This document shows, piece after piece, positions 26,016 through 39,552 of a DNA stretch of 64,000 nt. Origin of the DNA: Selaginella moellendorffii (taxonomy: Eukaryota; Plantae; Lycopodiophyta); contig NW_003314278.1 of the NCBI RefSeq assembly GCF_000143415.4, forward strand, positions 2,063,151 through 2,127,150, written 5' to 3'. Each line of letters begins with the position of its first letter. Within the stretch, counting starts at the first letter, position 1. A program made the position numbers and the translations under genes. The notes below the pieces were generated by a model. That model was not told the origin of the DNA and did no database searches. It saw only the letters and a program-made list of their open reading frames with translations.

Positions 26016-29000
26016 TGTGAGACACAAAATCCCTAGGCCCCAAAGTGAAGCTGGAAAGGGTGCCACGTGGTAGTGGCTGAAGCGAAAGCCAAATGAGCGT
26101 GACCTGTTTGGACTAAAAGCTCCGACTTGGAAGGTCGAGAGCGGGAGTGGAACTCTCAACAAAGTGCTTGAGGAACAAGCACAAAGCGAGCAATAAGCGA
26201 GGCTCCAAAAAGGGACCTAAAAGGACAAACACATGACACGTGGAAGTGTCTGAGATGGGGTCCAAGATGGACCAAGACGGAGTCCGAGATGAAGTCTGAC
26301 GTGGAGTTCGAGATGGAGTCCGAGATGGAGTCCGAAGTGGAGTCCGAGATGGAGTCCGAAGTGGAGTCCGAGATGGAGTCCGAGATAGACCGAGACGGAG
26401 TCCGAGATGGAGTCCGAGATGGACCGAGATGTAGTCCGAGATGGAGTCCGAGGTGAAGTCCGAGATGGAGTCCGAGATGGAGTCCGAAGTGGAGTCCGAG
26501 ATGGAGTCTGAGATGGACCGAGACGGAGTCCGAGATGGACCCGAGATGGAATCCGAGATGGAGTCCCAGAAGGACCCGAGATGGAGTTCGAGGTTGAGAC
26601 TGAGACCAGGACTGAGACCGAAACCGGGACCGGGACCGAGACCGAGACCAAGACCGGGACCGGGACCGAGACCGAGCCCGAGTCCGAGTCCGAGTCCGAG
26701 TCCAAGTCCGAGTCCGAGTCCGAGTTCAAGTCCGAGTTCGAGTCTGAGAGGGTGAAAGCCCAAAGCGTTCGTCTCCCAGATCCTGGGGGGTTTGGTGAGC
26801 TCCAAAAGTATAGTAAGGGGGAGGACTGTAGTGGAGCCAGTTTGGCCAGGAAAGGCCAGTTTAGCCCAGGAAGGCCAGACCTAGTGTTGGGTGATGAACT
26901 GACCATTGGGAAGTCCAAGACTAGAGTGAATACGGACCGACAAGCGGGGTAGCTTGGTGAAGTGTTCAAGAGCCGGCTCTAGTTCCCCCGGGAGATCGAC
27001 TGGCCGATGCTCCTAGTCCAAGTGTGGGTGGCACTACCTACGTGGATACTAGGCGTGGCTCAACGGAACCTCGCTCTAAGCCCATGGCTAGAGCACCTAA
27101 AGGCGAAAGGTGGGGAGAGTACCCAGGTGGCTCGCGTAAGGCCACGGTGTTCCGAAATGTTGTCCCAAAGGCCCAGACTGTGGAAAGGAAGAGGAGCAGT
27201 CCTCTGGGGTAGTGACCAAGGACATAGTCGTGCAGTGAGGAAGTCCCAGAGGACCGTGGGACTTAGTGGTCGGGCCTATGGGCCTCGATCCAGTGGTAGT
27301 GTTGGTGAACACGGCCATGGACAGTAAAGGGACTTAGTGGGGACCAGAAAAGGGACATTGGGGGAAGGCTATTCCCCATGTCTGTCGGCATCCTAAGGAT
27401 GCTAAGGAGTGGATCTGGGATGATCACTCATGAACGGATGGCCTAGTCTTTGAGGGACGGGACTGTGATGGAGGTGGTGTCAGACCACCGGTGTGACCAA
27501 GGTGAATGGGCATGGCCTTAGCGTAACGGGCTGATATGTTGGTGGTACCTTGGAGTGTCGGTCATGGGATCGGTCACGTGGAGCACTTGGACCAAGTGCA
27601 AAGGTTGGGTGGCGGGGATGCCATTCTCGGGGCTAGCAAGCCCAAGTTTGAAATAGGACTTATGGAGGTTGTGAGTGAGACTCCTTCAATTGGTCGGAGG
27701 TGTGGTTAAGTGACTAAAGTAGAATGGAAAAATTAGTCGCTTACAACTTGGTATTAGAGTTGTTCCTTAGTCCGACTTTTATTGGTGCTCAAGTATATCA
27801 CCATTGATGTTGGCATTGGAAGGTCCTAGGAGTGGGCCTATCCTTGAGGAGTAGCATGTCGAGAGGACATGGCTCTCCACTCAAGTTCATGCGTGAACTT
27901 GGGCACGATGTGGTGGATAGAAAAGGGCCAATAATAGAATGACTTTGGGATCTTGGGAACAATATAAGGTTTCCTCAGAGAGCTGAGGATGTGATCCAGA
28001 TGAGCATTTGATGCAGCAAACGGGCTAACGTAGTTGTGGTAAACAACTATAATTGGGATCACGGGAAACATGTAGACTCCAAAATAATAAAGGAGTCACA
28101 AGATTACCCTCATATAGTTGAGGCCGGTGCTCATAACTTTGAGACCGGAATTGATGACCATGGGAGGTCAAATATAGGAGAGGACACAAGTCCTCGAAAT
28201 GGTAGCTGAGGTTACCCTTGATAAATGCTGGAACAACCCAAGGAGTTGGGGATGTACTTAGAGGATGAGTTGGTATTCTCATCACATGGACAAGTGGTCC
28301 TAAGAGGCAAAAGGTTGCCCCAAGAGAATAAATCAAGTGTCGGAGTAACACTTGCAAAGATGGTCCTTGTGAGTAGGACCTGAATATAAGAAGTTGTATT
28401 CCAGTGAGCTGGCACCTCAAAGGTAGGACCTCATGGGTCGTCGGATGACAAAGTCCAAAAAGCTGGATGACTCCAATAGAGTCAAGGAATAATCCTAAAG
28501 GATTGATGGAAGCATTTGGACTGAGGTGTGTGGTACCCCACGAAGGATGGGGGGGATCATAGGATCCAAGGATGAGAACAGAGGGTATCTCATCGCCCAA
28601 GGGATTAAGTCTCTAGCGAATGAAATGTCCAAGGTGGCGGAGACAGGAGAAGACTGTCTACTTGAATTGGACAAAGCCAAAAATGGAATTTTGGCAAGGC
28701 TAGCGATGGGCATGCAAAGGCCCATAAGCAACAACGTAATCTCGGTGTGTGGGATTATAGAGTGAGCATACCTGGATTGAGGAACCACTCCCTAGGCTAT
28801 CGGGTAGGTTCATCCCTAAGAATACTTGCTAAGGCATGATAGAAAGTGCAAAGCTATCCTCCTGGTCTGGAGGAGAATGACCAAAGGAAAGGTGTGAAGC
28901 CAAAAGCAAGAAGTAACAGGGTAGAACCGAACCATAGGAATTGAAGGGCATAACCAAGGTTGGTTGTGCCAGCTGGGAGTGGAGAATCAAGTGGGGGCTC

Positions 29001-32000
29001 GAGGGTGTTGCTGCTAGCAACCGTGATGCCATGGAGAGTCTAAAATATGGAATTGTCCATGTTAGACTATATGGTAATTGGAAAGCTTGCAAAAAGGGAG
29101 GCCTTAGCAAGCTAAAGGACAGAGTTTCTTCAAGGTTCCCAAAGATGATTCTAGGTAGCTTAGTACCTAGAAAGGCCAAGCATAAATGGTTCAAGGAACG
29201 CGTGAAATCAGAGTGGCACAGTAGAAGCGTGGTCTTGAAACTTGCCATGAGGCAAGGATATCAAGGTTAGGGAAGTAGTTTCTGAGTGTTCAAAGAGAGG
29301 GCTTTGAATGAAAGTCGATGATCAAGGGCTTTCACGCTTGTGCAGGAACCATGTTACAGTGGTCGGAGGGCTTGCCAAAGCGAGATTGGCAAGTCAGGGG
29401 AACAAATACCCTAGTTGAAGGTGATAACTTCAAAAGGGGTGGGCCATGGGGCCAAGCATGGAGAAGTCCATGCATGATCACAGACTTGTCAAGTGAGAGG
29501 ACTTGGCAGTGTGGAGGAACTAGGTTCTTAAGCTGTGATCTATAGCGCGCTTTGAGTAAAAGTTGGTGCACCGGCGTGGAGAGTCACGCCAGGCATCCTG
29601 GGGGATGCCGCCCATAGATGCATATATGGAGGTTGGGTTTGAGTCCCGACCCTTTAGTGCTTGGGTTCAAGTCCCAAATCACTAGGGCGTGGTGATGGTT
29701 TGGAATATGAGGACATTCATATTTCGGTGGTCATGGACTCTCAATGAGGAGATTGGCTTGGGCATACCGCCAAGCGGGGGATGCCCCGGAGTTGTGATGC
29801 ACGGTTAGATTGTTTAGAGTGAAAGCTCGGCATATCTAATTTGAACACTTTGGTACAAAAGGCACCAAGGACGTGGTGAATGAGATGGGGACACCCAGTC
29901 TTAGTTGCTATGGATCCTTGGCCGGAAGGGCTAGCTTGGGCGCACCGCCAAGTGTGGAGAATGCCCCCGGGGTCATAGTCAACAACTTAGTAAGGTCTGG
30001 AAGACCTAATTCCTATTGGTAGACGTATTAAGGGGTCAAGATGAGATCACTAGGTGATCTTATGGCTAAACAAGGACAAGGTCTTTATTTGGGTTAAGGA
30101 ATATGATTCCTAGTTCAAAGTGTTGATTTGAACTATTGATAAAGGTGTGGCTTGGTCAAGGTGACTAAGTGGGAAGGACACCTAAGGGAAATGAACTACT
30201 ACAATACAATGGTATTATGAGTTCAAGAAAATAGTCTCTAGAAACAGACCCATGGGTGGGTCACAAGGTTGGGCTAGGAAGCGAGCCTAGAACAGTTGGG
30301 GAGACTTACTAGGGGTGAACACCCCAGTCTGGGCAAAGCAGATCTTTTGCTATGGAACCAAAAGAATACCTCAAGGAGGGAGGTAATGATCCTATGTTGC
30401 TTGGTGCAACAATTCAAGGATAGGAGCAAAAGACGAGTGCCCAAGATAGGGCCGTGGAATCCATTGGAAAGAATCCAAGTGGCAAAGTTAGCCAAAGAAC
30501 ACTAATGTGGTTGATGCTAATGGATTGCGAAAAAAGAAGTGGACTTCCAAGGATGGATTCCCAAGTGCTCCAATTTGGCAAAGGAAAGGTTCCAAGTGAG
30601 GGAGCAACTAAGTAGCCAAAAGATAGGGCCGTGGACAGCCCTAGCACAAATAATGATAAATGGAATGTAATGCCAATGGGGGCACAAAAATAGAAAAGAG
30701 GATGAGGGTGCCCTCGAGTAGAGAACTTCCTAGGAGGGGAAGTGGAGTTGCACAAAATGTGCAAAGCAAGGTGTCGGAGACACCTAGGAAATTGACTTCA
30801 AGAAATCAAAAGTAAACGTTCCAAAGTGCAAAGGTAGATCAATGGAATCTGTGACTACTCAAGAATGATTAGTGGAATTGAGTTAGAGAGGGTGTCTCTA
30901 ACGGGTTTAGTGAGAACTAAACCAATAAACGGAAAGAACCACCACAAGTGGTCCAATCAGTCTCTAAGTTGGAGAGACTATCCTCCTTAGAGGATGGACA
31001 AGGCATGGTGAGCCTTTGGGGTCAAACCATAGACAAATATTGGCCGGGTGCCAAGGATGGGAATGGTAACACCTGCGGGTATTACTTTATAAAAGGGTTT
31101 ACCATTCGATGAGGACATTGAACATCGTCTATGGGTGGTGGAGTTGTGAGACACAAAATCCCTAGGCCCCAAAGTGGAGCTGGAAAGGGTGCCACGTGAT
31201 AGTGGCTGAAGCGAAAGCCAAACGAGCGTGACCCGTTTGGACTAAAAGCTCCGACTTGGAAGGTCAAGAGCGGGAGTGGAACTCCCAACAAAGTGCTTGA
31301 GGAACAAGCACAAAGCGAGCAATAAGCGAGGCTCCAAAAAGGAACCCAAAAGGACCAACACATGACATGTGGAAGTGTCCGAGATGGAGTCCAAGATGGA
31401 GTCCAAAGTGGAGTCCGAGATGGAGTCCGAGATGGAGTCCAAGATAGAGTCCGAGATGGAGTCCGAAGTGGAGTCCAAGATGGAGTCCGAAGTGGAGTCC
31501 GAGGTGGAGTCCGAGATGGAGTCCGAGATGGAGTCCGAAGTGGAGTCCGAGATGGAGTCCGAGATGGACCGAGACGGAGTCCGAGATGGACCCGAGATGG
31601 AATCCGAGATGGAGTCCCAGAAGGAGTCGAGATGGAGTCCGAGGTCGAGACTGAGACCGGGACCGAGACCGAGACCGAGACCGGGACCGGGACCAAGTCC
31701 GAGTCCGGGTCCAAGTCCGAGTCCGAGTCCGAGTTCGAGTCCGAGTTCGAGTCTGAGAGGGTGAAAGCCCAAAGCGTTCGTCTCCCAGACCCTGGGGGGT
31801 TTGGTGAGCTCCAAAAGTATAGTAAGGGGGAGGACTGCAGTGGAGCCAGTTTGGCCAGGAAAGGCCAGTTTGGCCCAGGAAGGCCAGACCCAGTGTTGGG
31901 TGATGAATTGACCATTGGGAAGTCCAAGACTAGAGTGAATACGGACCGACAAGCGGGGTAGCTTGGTGAAGTGTTCAAGAGCCGGCTCTAGTTCCCCCGG

Positions 32001-32754
32001 GAGATCGACTGGCCGATGCTCTCAGTCCAAGTGTGGGTGGCACTACCTACTTGGATACCAGGCGTGGCTCAATGGAACCTCGCTCTAAGCCCATGGCTAG
32101 AGCACCTAAAGGCGAAAGGTGGGGAGAGTACCTAGGTGGCTCACGTAAGGCCACGGTGTTCCGAAATGTTGTCCCAAAGGCCCAGATTGTGGAAAGGAAG
32201 AGGAGCAGTCCTTTGGGGTAGTGACCAAGGACACAGTCGTGTGGTGAGGAAGTCCCAGAGGACCGTGGGACTTAGTGGTCAGGCCTGTGGGCCTCGATCC
32301 AGTGGTAGTGTTGGTGAGCACGACCATGGACAGTAAAGGGACTTGGTGGGGACCAGAAAAGGGACATTGGGGGAAGGCTATTCCCCATGTCTGTCGGCAT
32401 CCTAAGGATGCTAAGGAGTGGATCTGGGATGATCACTCATGAACGGATGGCCCAGTCTTTGAGGGACGGGACTGTGATGGAGGTGGTGTCAGACCACCGG
32501 TGTGACCAAGGTGAATGGGCATGGCCTTAGCGTAACGGGCTGATATGTTAGTGGTACCTTGGAGTGTCGGTCATGGGATCGGTCACGTGGAGCACTTGGA
32601 CCAAGTGCAAAGGTTGGGTGGCGGGGATGCCATTCTCGGGGCTAGCAAGCCCAAGTTTGAAATAGGACTTATGGAGGTTGTGAGTGAGACTCCTCCAATT
32701 GGTCGGAGGTGTGGTTAAGTGACTAAAGTAGAATGGAAAAATTAGTCGCTTACA
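26016..32754 (+). mobile_element. Complete non-autonomous family-A element (LARD-like): LTRs 26016-27745 and 31145-32754, 3.4-kb non-coding internal region
   Basis: Perfect TSD CTTGG (26011-26015, 32755-32759); PBS tggtattagag at 27749; PPT before 31145; no long ORF. Confidence 0.95.
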
Positions 32755-35700
32755 CTTGGATACCTGGCGTGGCTCAATGGAACCTCGCTCTAAGCCCATA
32801 GTTAGAGCACATAAAGGTGGAAGGTGGGGAGAGTACCCATGAGGCCCGCGTAGGGCCACGGTGTTCCGAAATGTTATCCTAAAGTCCCAGACTGTGGAAG
32901 GGAAGAGGAGTAGTCCTCTGGAGTAGAGACCAAGGATACAGTCGTGTGGCGAGGAAGTCCTAGAGGATTGTGGGACTTAGTGGTCGGGCCTGTGGGCCTT
33001 GATCCAGTGGTAGTGTTGGCGAACACGGCCATGAGCAGAAAGGGACTTGGTGGGGACCGGAAAAGGGATATTGGGGAAGGTTATTCCCCATGTCTGTGGG
33101 CATCCTAAGGATGTTAAGGAGTGGATCTGGGATGATCACTCATGGACGGATGGCCCAGTATTGGAGAGACGGGATTGCAATGTAGGTGGTGTTAGACCAC
33201 CGATGTGACCAAGGTGAATGAGCATGAGCGTAACGGGCTCATATGTCGGTGGTACCTTGGGGTGTCGATCATGGGATCGGACACGTAAAGCACTTGGACC
33301 AAGTGCAAAAGTTGAGTGGCATGGATGCCATTCTCGGGGCTAGCAAGCCCCAAGTCCTGAATGGGACTTATGGAGGTTGTGAATGAGACTTCTCCAGGTG
33401 TTCGGAGGTGTGGTTAAGTGACTAAAGTAGAATGGAAAAATTAGTTGCTTATAATTTGGTATCGGAGCCACTTAGGAAATTGACTCTGACAAGTCAAATT
33501 TAAAAGTTCCAGAGTGCAAGTGTATATCAATGGGAACTGAGGCTACTTAGGAGTGAGTAGTGGGATTGAGATAGAGGAGATGCCTCTAACGGGTTTAGCA
33601 AGAACTAAACTAATGAAAAGGAAAGAACCACCATAGATGGTCAATCGAGTCTCTATGTCAGAGAGGCTATGCACCGTAGAGGATGGAGAAGGCATGGTGA
33701 GCCTTCGGTGTCATACCATTGACGAATATTGGCCAGATGCTAAAGATGGAAAGGGTAACACATGTTGGTGTTACTTTATAAAAATGGTTTACCATTCGAT
33801 GAGGACATCAAACTTCGTCTATGCTTGGTGGAGTTGTGAGACACAAAATCCCTAGGCCCCAAAGTGGAGCCAAAAGGGCACCACATGGCAATGGCCGAAG
33901 CAAAAGCCAAACGAACATAACACGTTTGGACTAAAAGCTCCAACTTGAAAAGGTTGAGAGTGGGAGTGGAACTCCTAACAAAGGGCTTAAGGAACAAGCA
34001 CGAGGTGAGCCATGAGTGAGTCTCTAGAAAAGGGGACACAAGAGGACTAAAACATGACACGTGGAAGTGTCCGAGATGGAGTCCGAGGTGGAGTCCGAGA
34101 TGGAGTCTGAGGTGGAGTCTGAGATGGAGTCCGAGGTGGAGTCCGAGGTGGACCCGAGATGGACCCAAGATGGACCCGAGATTGAGTTCGAGATGGACCC
34201 GAGATGGAGTCTGAGATGCAAGATGGGAGTCCGAGATGGAGTCCAAGATGGACCGAGATGGAGTCTGAGATGGAGTCCGAGATGGACCTGAGATGGAGTC
34301 CGAGATGGACCTGAGATGGAGTCCGAGATGGACCCGAGGTGAAGTCCGAGATGGACCCGAGATGGAATCCGAGATGGAGTTTGAGAAGGACCCGAGATGG
34401 AGTTCAAAGTCGAGACCGAGACCGAGACCGAGACCAGGACCGAGACCGAGACCGAGACCGGGACCGAGACCGAGACCGAGGCTGAGGCCGAGACCGAGCC
34501 CAAGTCCAAGTCCGAGTCCGAGTCCGAGTCCGAGTCCGAGTCCGAATCCGAGTCCGAGTCCGAGTTCGAGTCCGAGTTCGAGTCCGAGTTCGAGTCCGAG
34601 TTTGAGTCTGAGAGGGTGAAAGCCCAAAGCGTTCATCTCCCAGACCCTGGGGGGGTTTGGTGAGCTCCAAAAGTATAGTAGGGGGAGGACGGCAGTGGAG
34701 CCAGTTTGGCCAGGAAAGGCCAGTTTGGCCCAGGAAGGCTGTACCCAGTGTTGGGTGATGAGTTGCCCACTGGGAAGTCCAAGACTAAAGTGAACACGAA
34801 CCGATAAGCAGGGTAGCTTTGTGAAGTGTTCAAGAGCCGGCTTTACTTCCCCCGGGAGATCGATTGGCCGATGCTCCCAGTCCAAGTGTGGGTGGCACTA
34901 CCTACTTGGATACCTGGCGTGGCTCAATGGAACCTCACTCTAAGCCCATGGCTAGAGCACATAAAGGTGGAAGGCGGGGACAGTACCCATGAGGCTCGCA
35001 TAGGGCCACGATGTTCCGAAATGTTGTCCCAAAGTCCCAGACTATAGAAGGGAAGAGGAGTAGTCCTCTGGAGTAGAGACCAAGGATACAGTCATGTGGC
35101 GAGGAAGTCCCAGAGGACTGTGGGACTTAGTGGTCGGGCCTGTGGGCCTCGATCTAGTGGTAGTGTTGGCGAACACGGCCATGAGCAGAAAGGGACTTGG
35201 TGGGGACCGGAAAAGGGGTATTGGGGAAGGTTATTCCCCATGTCTATGGGCATCCTAAGGATGCTAAGGAGTGGATTTGGGATGATCACTCATGGACGGA
35301 TGGCCCAGTATTGGAGAGACGGGATTGCAATGCAGGTGGTGTTAGACCACCGATGTGACCAAGATGAATGAGCGTGGCCTAGCGTAATAGGCTCATATGT
35401 CAGTGGTACCTTGAGGTGTCGGTTATGGGATTGGACACGTGGAGCACTTGGACCAAGTGCAAAAGTTGAGTGGCATAGATGCCATTCTCGGGGCTAGCAA
35501 GCCCTAAGTCCTGAATGGGACTTATGGAGGTTGTGAATGAGACTCCTCCAGGTGGTCGGAGGTGCAGTTAAGTGACTAAAGTAGAATGGAAAAATTAGTC
35601 GCTTACAACTTGGTATCAGAGTTGTTCCTTAGTCTGACTTTTATTGGTGCTCATATATATCACCACTACTGTTGGCATCGGAAGGTCCGAAGAGTGGGCC

Positions 35701-38700
35701 TATCCTCAAGGAGTAGCAGGTCGGGAAGACATGGCTCTCCATTACAGTTTATGTGGGAGCTTGTAAACGAGGTGGTGGATAAAAAAGGGCCAATAATGGA
35801 ATGACTTTGGGATCTTGGGAACAGTGCAAGGTTTTCCTCATTGAGTTGAGGATGTGATCCAGATGAGTGTTTGACTTAGAAAATTGGCTAAAGTAATTAT
35901 TGTAAACAACTATAGTTGGGATCACGGGGAAGATAGAGACTCCAAAACGATAAAGGAGTCACAAGATTACCCTCATGAAGTTGAGGCTAGTGTTCATGAA
36001 TTTGAGACCAGAATTAATGACCATGGGAGGTCAAATGTGGATGAGGACATAAGTCCTTGGAATGGTAGCTGGGCTACCTTGAATAAATGTTGGAACAACC
36101 CAAGGAGTTGGGGGTGTACTCAGAGGATAAGTTGGTATTCTCGGTCCTAAGGGGCAAAAGGTTGCCCCAAGAGAACAAATCAAGTGTCAGAATCACACTT
36201 GCAAAGATGGTCCTTGTGAGTAGGATTTGAATACAAGAAGTTGTATTCTAGTGAGCTAGCACCTCAAAGGTAGGACCTCATGGGTCATCGGATGACAAAG
36301 TCCAAAAAAGTTGGATGACTCAAATAGAGTCAAGGAATAATCTTAAAGGATTGATGGAAGCATTTGGACTAAGGTGTGTTGTACCCCACGAAGGATGGGG
36401 GGGATCATAGGATCCAAGGATGAGAATAGAGGGTATCTCATTGATGGCAGAATGTGCTATACTAAAGTCGTGGGAAAGGTGTTCCCCAAAAGAAAGCAAC
36501 TTTGGCATAGAGTTGTGTGTGAACACTATGGTGTAGTGTTAACTGATAGTTGGAATGGAAAACGACTATTTTGGTCTTGGCAAAAGACCTAGACACAAGT
36601 AAGAACTGTCATAGAGGTAGGCTTGTGGAGCCGTTAGTGTGGAAACACTAAATGTGCTAAGGCGTGTTGCCTTGAGGTCAAGTTGGCGAGTTCATGAGAA
36701 CCCCTTCCAAAGGAATCCTAATGGAAATGGGAATGGCATAGCCTAAGTTGGAAGGCATGCGGTTAGAGTGTGGAGACCCAAATAATGATGGAGGTGTGAA
36801 ATCACCAGCAATGAGTTGTAAGACTTAACAACTATGAGACAACTAAGCAAAAGGTGCAAAATACCTGGTTAAATTGGTAGAAGGTAACTACCTAAGACTT
36901 CTTATGGGGATAAGGAAGTTAGATATACCCTTACAAGGGAGAAACTGCTTATGTTGCAAAATAGTAAGTTAATGTCGTAAAGGGAATGCTCATTGCTAAA
37001 GAAGGCCATCATTGGGACACCCAAACACTAAAAATACTAGGAAATGGTGTTTGGTGTCGCGAGGGCATTAGATAAGGCCCAAGGGACTAAGTCCCTAGTG
37101 AACAATGGATAGAAAGTGCTATCCAAATGTCTAAGGTTTTGGAGATGGGAGAAATTCGTCTACCCGATTTGGACAAAGCCAAAAATGGGATTTTGGCAAG
37201 GCTAGTGAGCATATAAGTAGCAACGTTAATCCTAGTGTGTGGGATTATAAAGTGAATATGCCCAGATTGAGGAACCACTCCCTAAGCTATTGGGTAAGTT
37301 CATTCTTATGAATACTTGCTAAGGCATGGTAGAAGGTGCAAAGCTATCCTCCTAATCTAAAAGAGAATAACCAAAAGAAATGTGTGAGGGCAAAAGGCAA
37401 GTAGTAAAGGGATAAAACCAAACCATAGGAAGCAAAGGGCATAACTTAGGATGGTTATACAAGGTGGGAGTGGAAAATCAAATGGGTGATCGAGTGTGTT
37501 GTTGCTAGCAACTATATTGCCATGGAGAGTCTAAAGTATGGAATTGTTCATACTAGATCATATGGCAATTAGAAAGCTTGCGAAAGGAGAAGCCTTAGCA
37601 AGCTAAGGGATAGAGTTCTTTCAAGGTTCCTAAAGATAATTCTAGGTAATGTAGTATTTAGAAAGCCAAGTGTAAATGGTTTGTAAAACGCGCAAAATCA
37701 GAGTGGCACAACAAAAACATGGTTTTGAAGCTTGCCATAAGGCAATGCTATCAAGGTTAGGGAAGTAGTTCCTGAAGTGTTCAAAGGGATGACTTTGAAC
37801 GAAAGTCAATGGTCAAGGACTTTCACACTTATGCATGAAACTATATTACATTAGTCGGATGACTTGCTAAGCGAGAGTGGCAAGTCAGGGGAACCAATCC
37901 CCTAGTTGAAGGTGTTAACTTAAAAAAGGGTGGCCCATAGGGCCAAGCATGGAGGAGTCCATGCATGATCATAAACTTGTCAAGTGAGAGGACTTGGCAA
38001 TTTGGAGGGATTAGGTTCCTAAGCTATGATCTGTAGCGCACTTTGGAAATAAATTGGTGCACCGGCGTGGGGAGTCACACCAGGCATCTAGGGTGATGCC
38101 GTCCGTAGATGCATATACGGAGGTTGGGTTCGAGTCCCAACCCTTTAGTGCTTGGGTTCGTGTCCCAAATCACTAGGGCGTGGTGATGGTTTGGAATATG
38201 AAGACACTCATTTTTCAATGGTCATGGACTCTCAGTGAGGAGATTGGTTTGGGCACACTGCCAAGCGAGGGATGCCTCGAAGTCGTGATGCACGGTTAGA
38301 TTGTTTAGTGTGGCTCGACATATCTAACTTGAACACTTTGGTGCGAGTGGTACCAAGCACGTGGTGAATGAGATGGGGACACCCAGTCTCAGTTGCTACG
38401 GACCCTTAGCCGGAAGGGCTGGCTTGGATGCACTACCAAGTGTGGGGGATGCCCCCGGGGTCATGGTCAACAACTTAAAGGTCTAAAGGAATTAGTACCT
38501 ATTGGCAAACTTATTAAGGTGCCAAGGTTAGATCATTAGGTGATCTTATAGCTAAAACAAGGACAAGGTCCTTGTAAAATTAACGGATAAGGTTCCTAGT
38601 TCAAAATGTTGAATTGAACTATTGATGATACTGTGGCTTGGTCAAAGTGACCAAGTGGGAGGAACACCTAATGGAAATGATCCTTGGCAATGCGATGGCA

Positions 38701-39552
38701 TAGTGAGTCCGAAGAAAGTAATCTCTATAAAAGACCCATGGGAGGGTCACAAAGTTGGGCTAGGGATAGAGCCCACAGTAGAAAATGCTAAAGAAACTTA
38801 TTAGGGGTGAACATCCTCTGGACTTAGCAAAACAAAGTCTTTGCTGTGGAACTGAAAGGATACCTTGAGAATGGAGGTAGCGATCCGATGTTACTAGGTG
38901 CAACAATCAAGGATAGGAGCAAAAGAATAAAGGCTAAGAAAAGAGCCATGGGAATCGTGGGAAAGAATCCAAAACGCAAAGTTAGTCCAAGAATGCTAAT
39001 GTATTGGGTGCTAACAAATTGTGGGAAAGGCAATGTATGTCCAAGGATGGATCCCCAATTGCTCCGATTTGGCAAAAGTGGAAGCTCCAAGGCAAGGAGC
39101 GGTAAAGTAGCCAAATGATAGGGACGTGGACAGCCTTAGCACAAATTAGGATACCTGGAACTTAGTGCCAAAGGTCACACCAAAATGGGAAAGAGGATGA
39201 TGGTGCCCTCAAATAGAGAACTTCCAAAGATGGGGAAGGGGAGTTGTACGATATGTGTAATACAAGGTGTCGAAGACACTTAGGAAATTGACTCTAACAA
39301 GTCAAATTTAAAAGTTTCAGAGTGCAAGTTTATATCAATGGGAACTGAGGCTACTTAGGAGTAAGTAGTGGGATTGAGATAGAGGAGGTGCCTTTAACAG
39401 GTTTAGCAAGAACTAAACCAATAAAAGGGAAAGAACCACCATAGGTGGTCGATCGAGTCTCTATGTCCGACAGGCTATGTGCCTTAGAGGATGGAGAAGG
39501 CATGGTGAGCCTTTAGTGTCATACCATTAACGAATATTGGCTAGGTGCTAAG

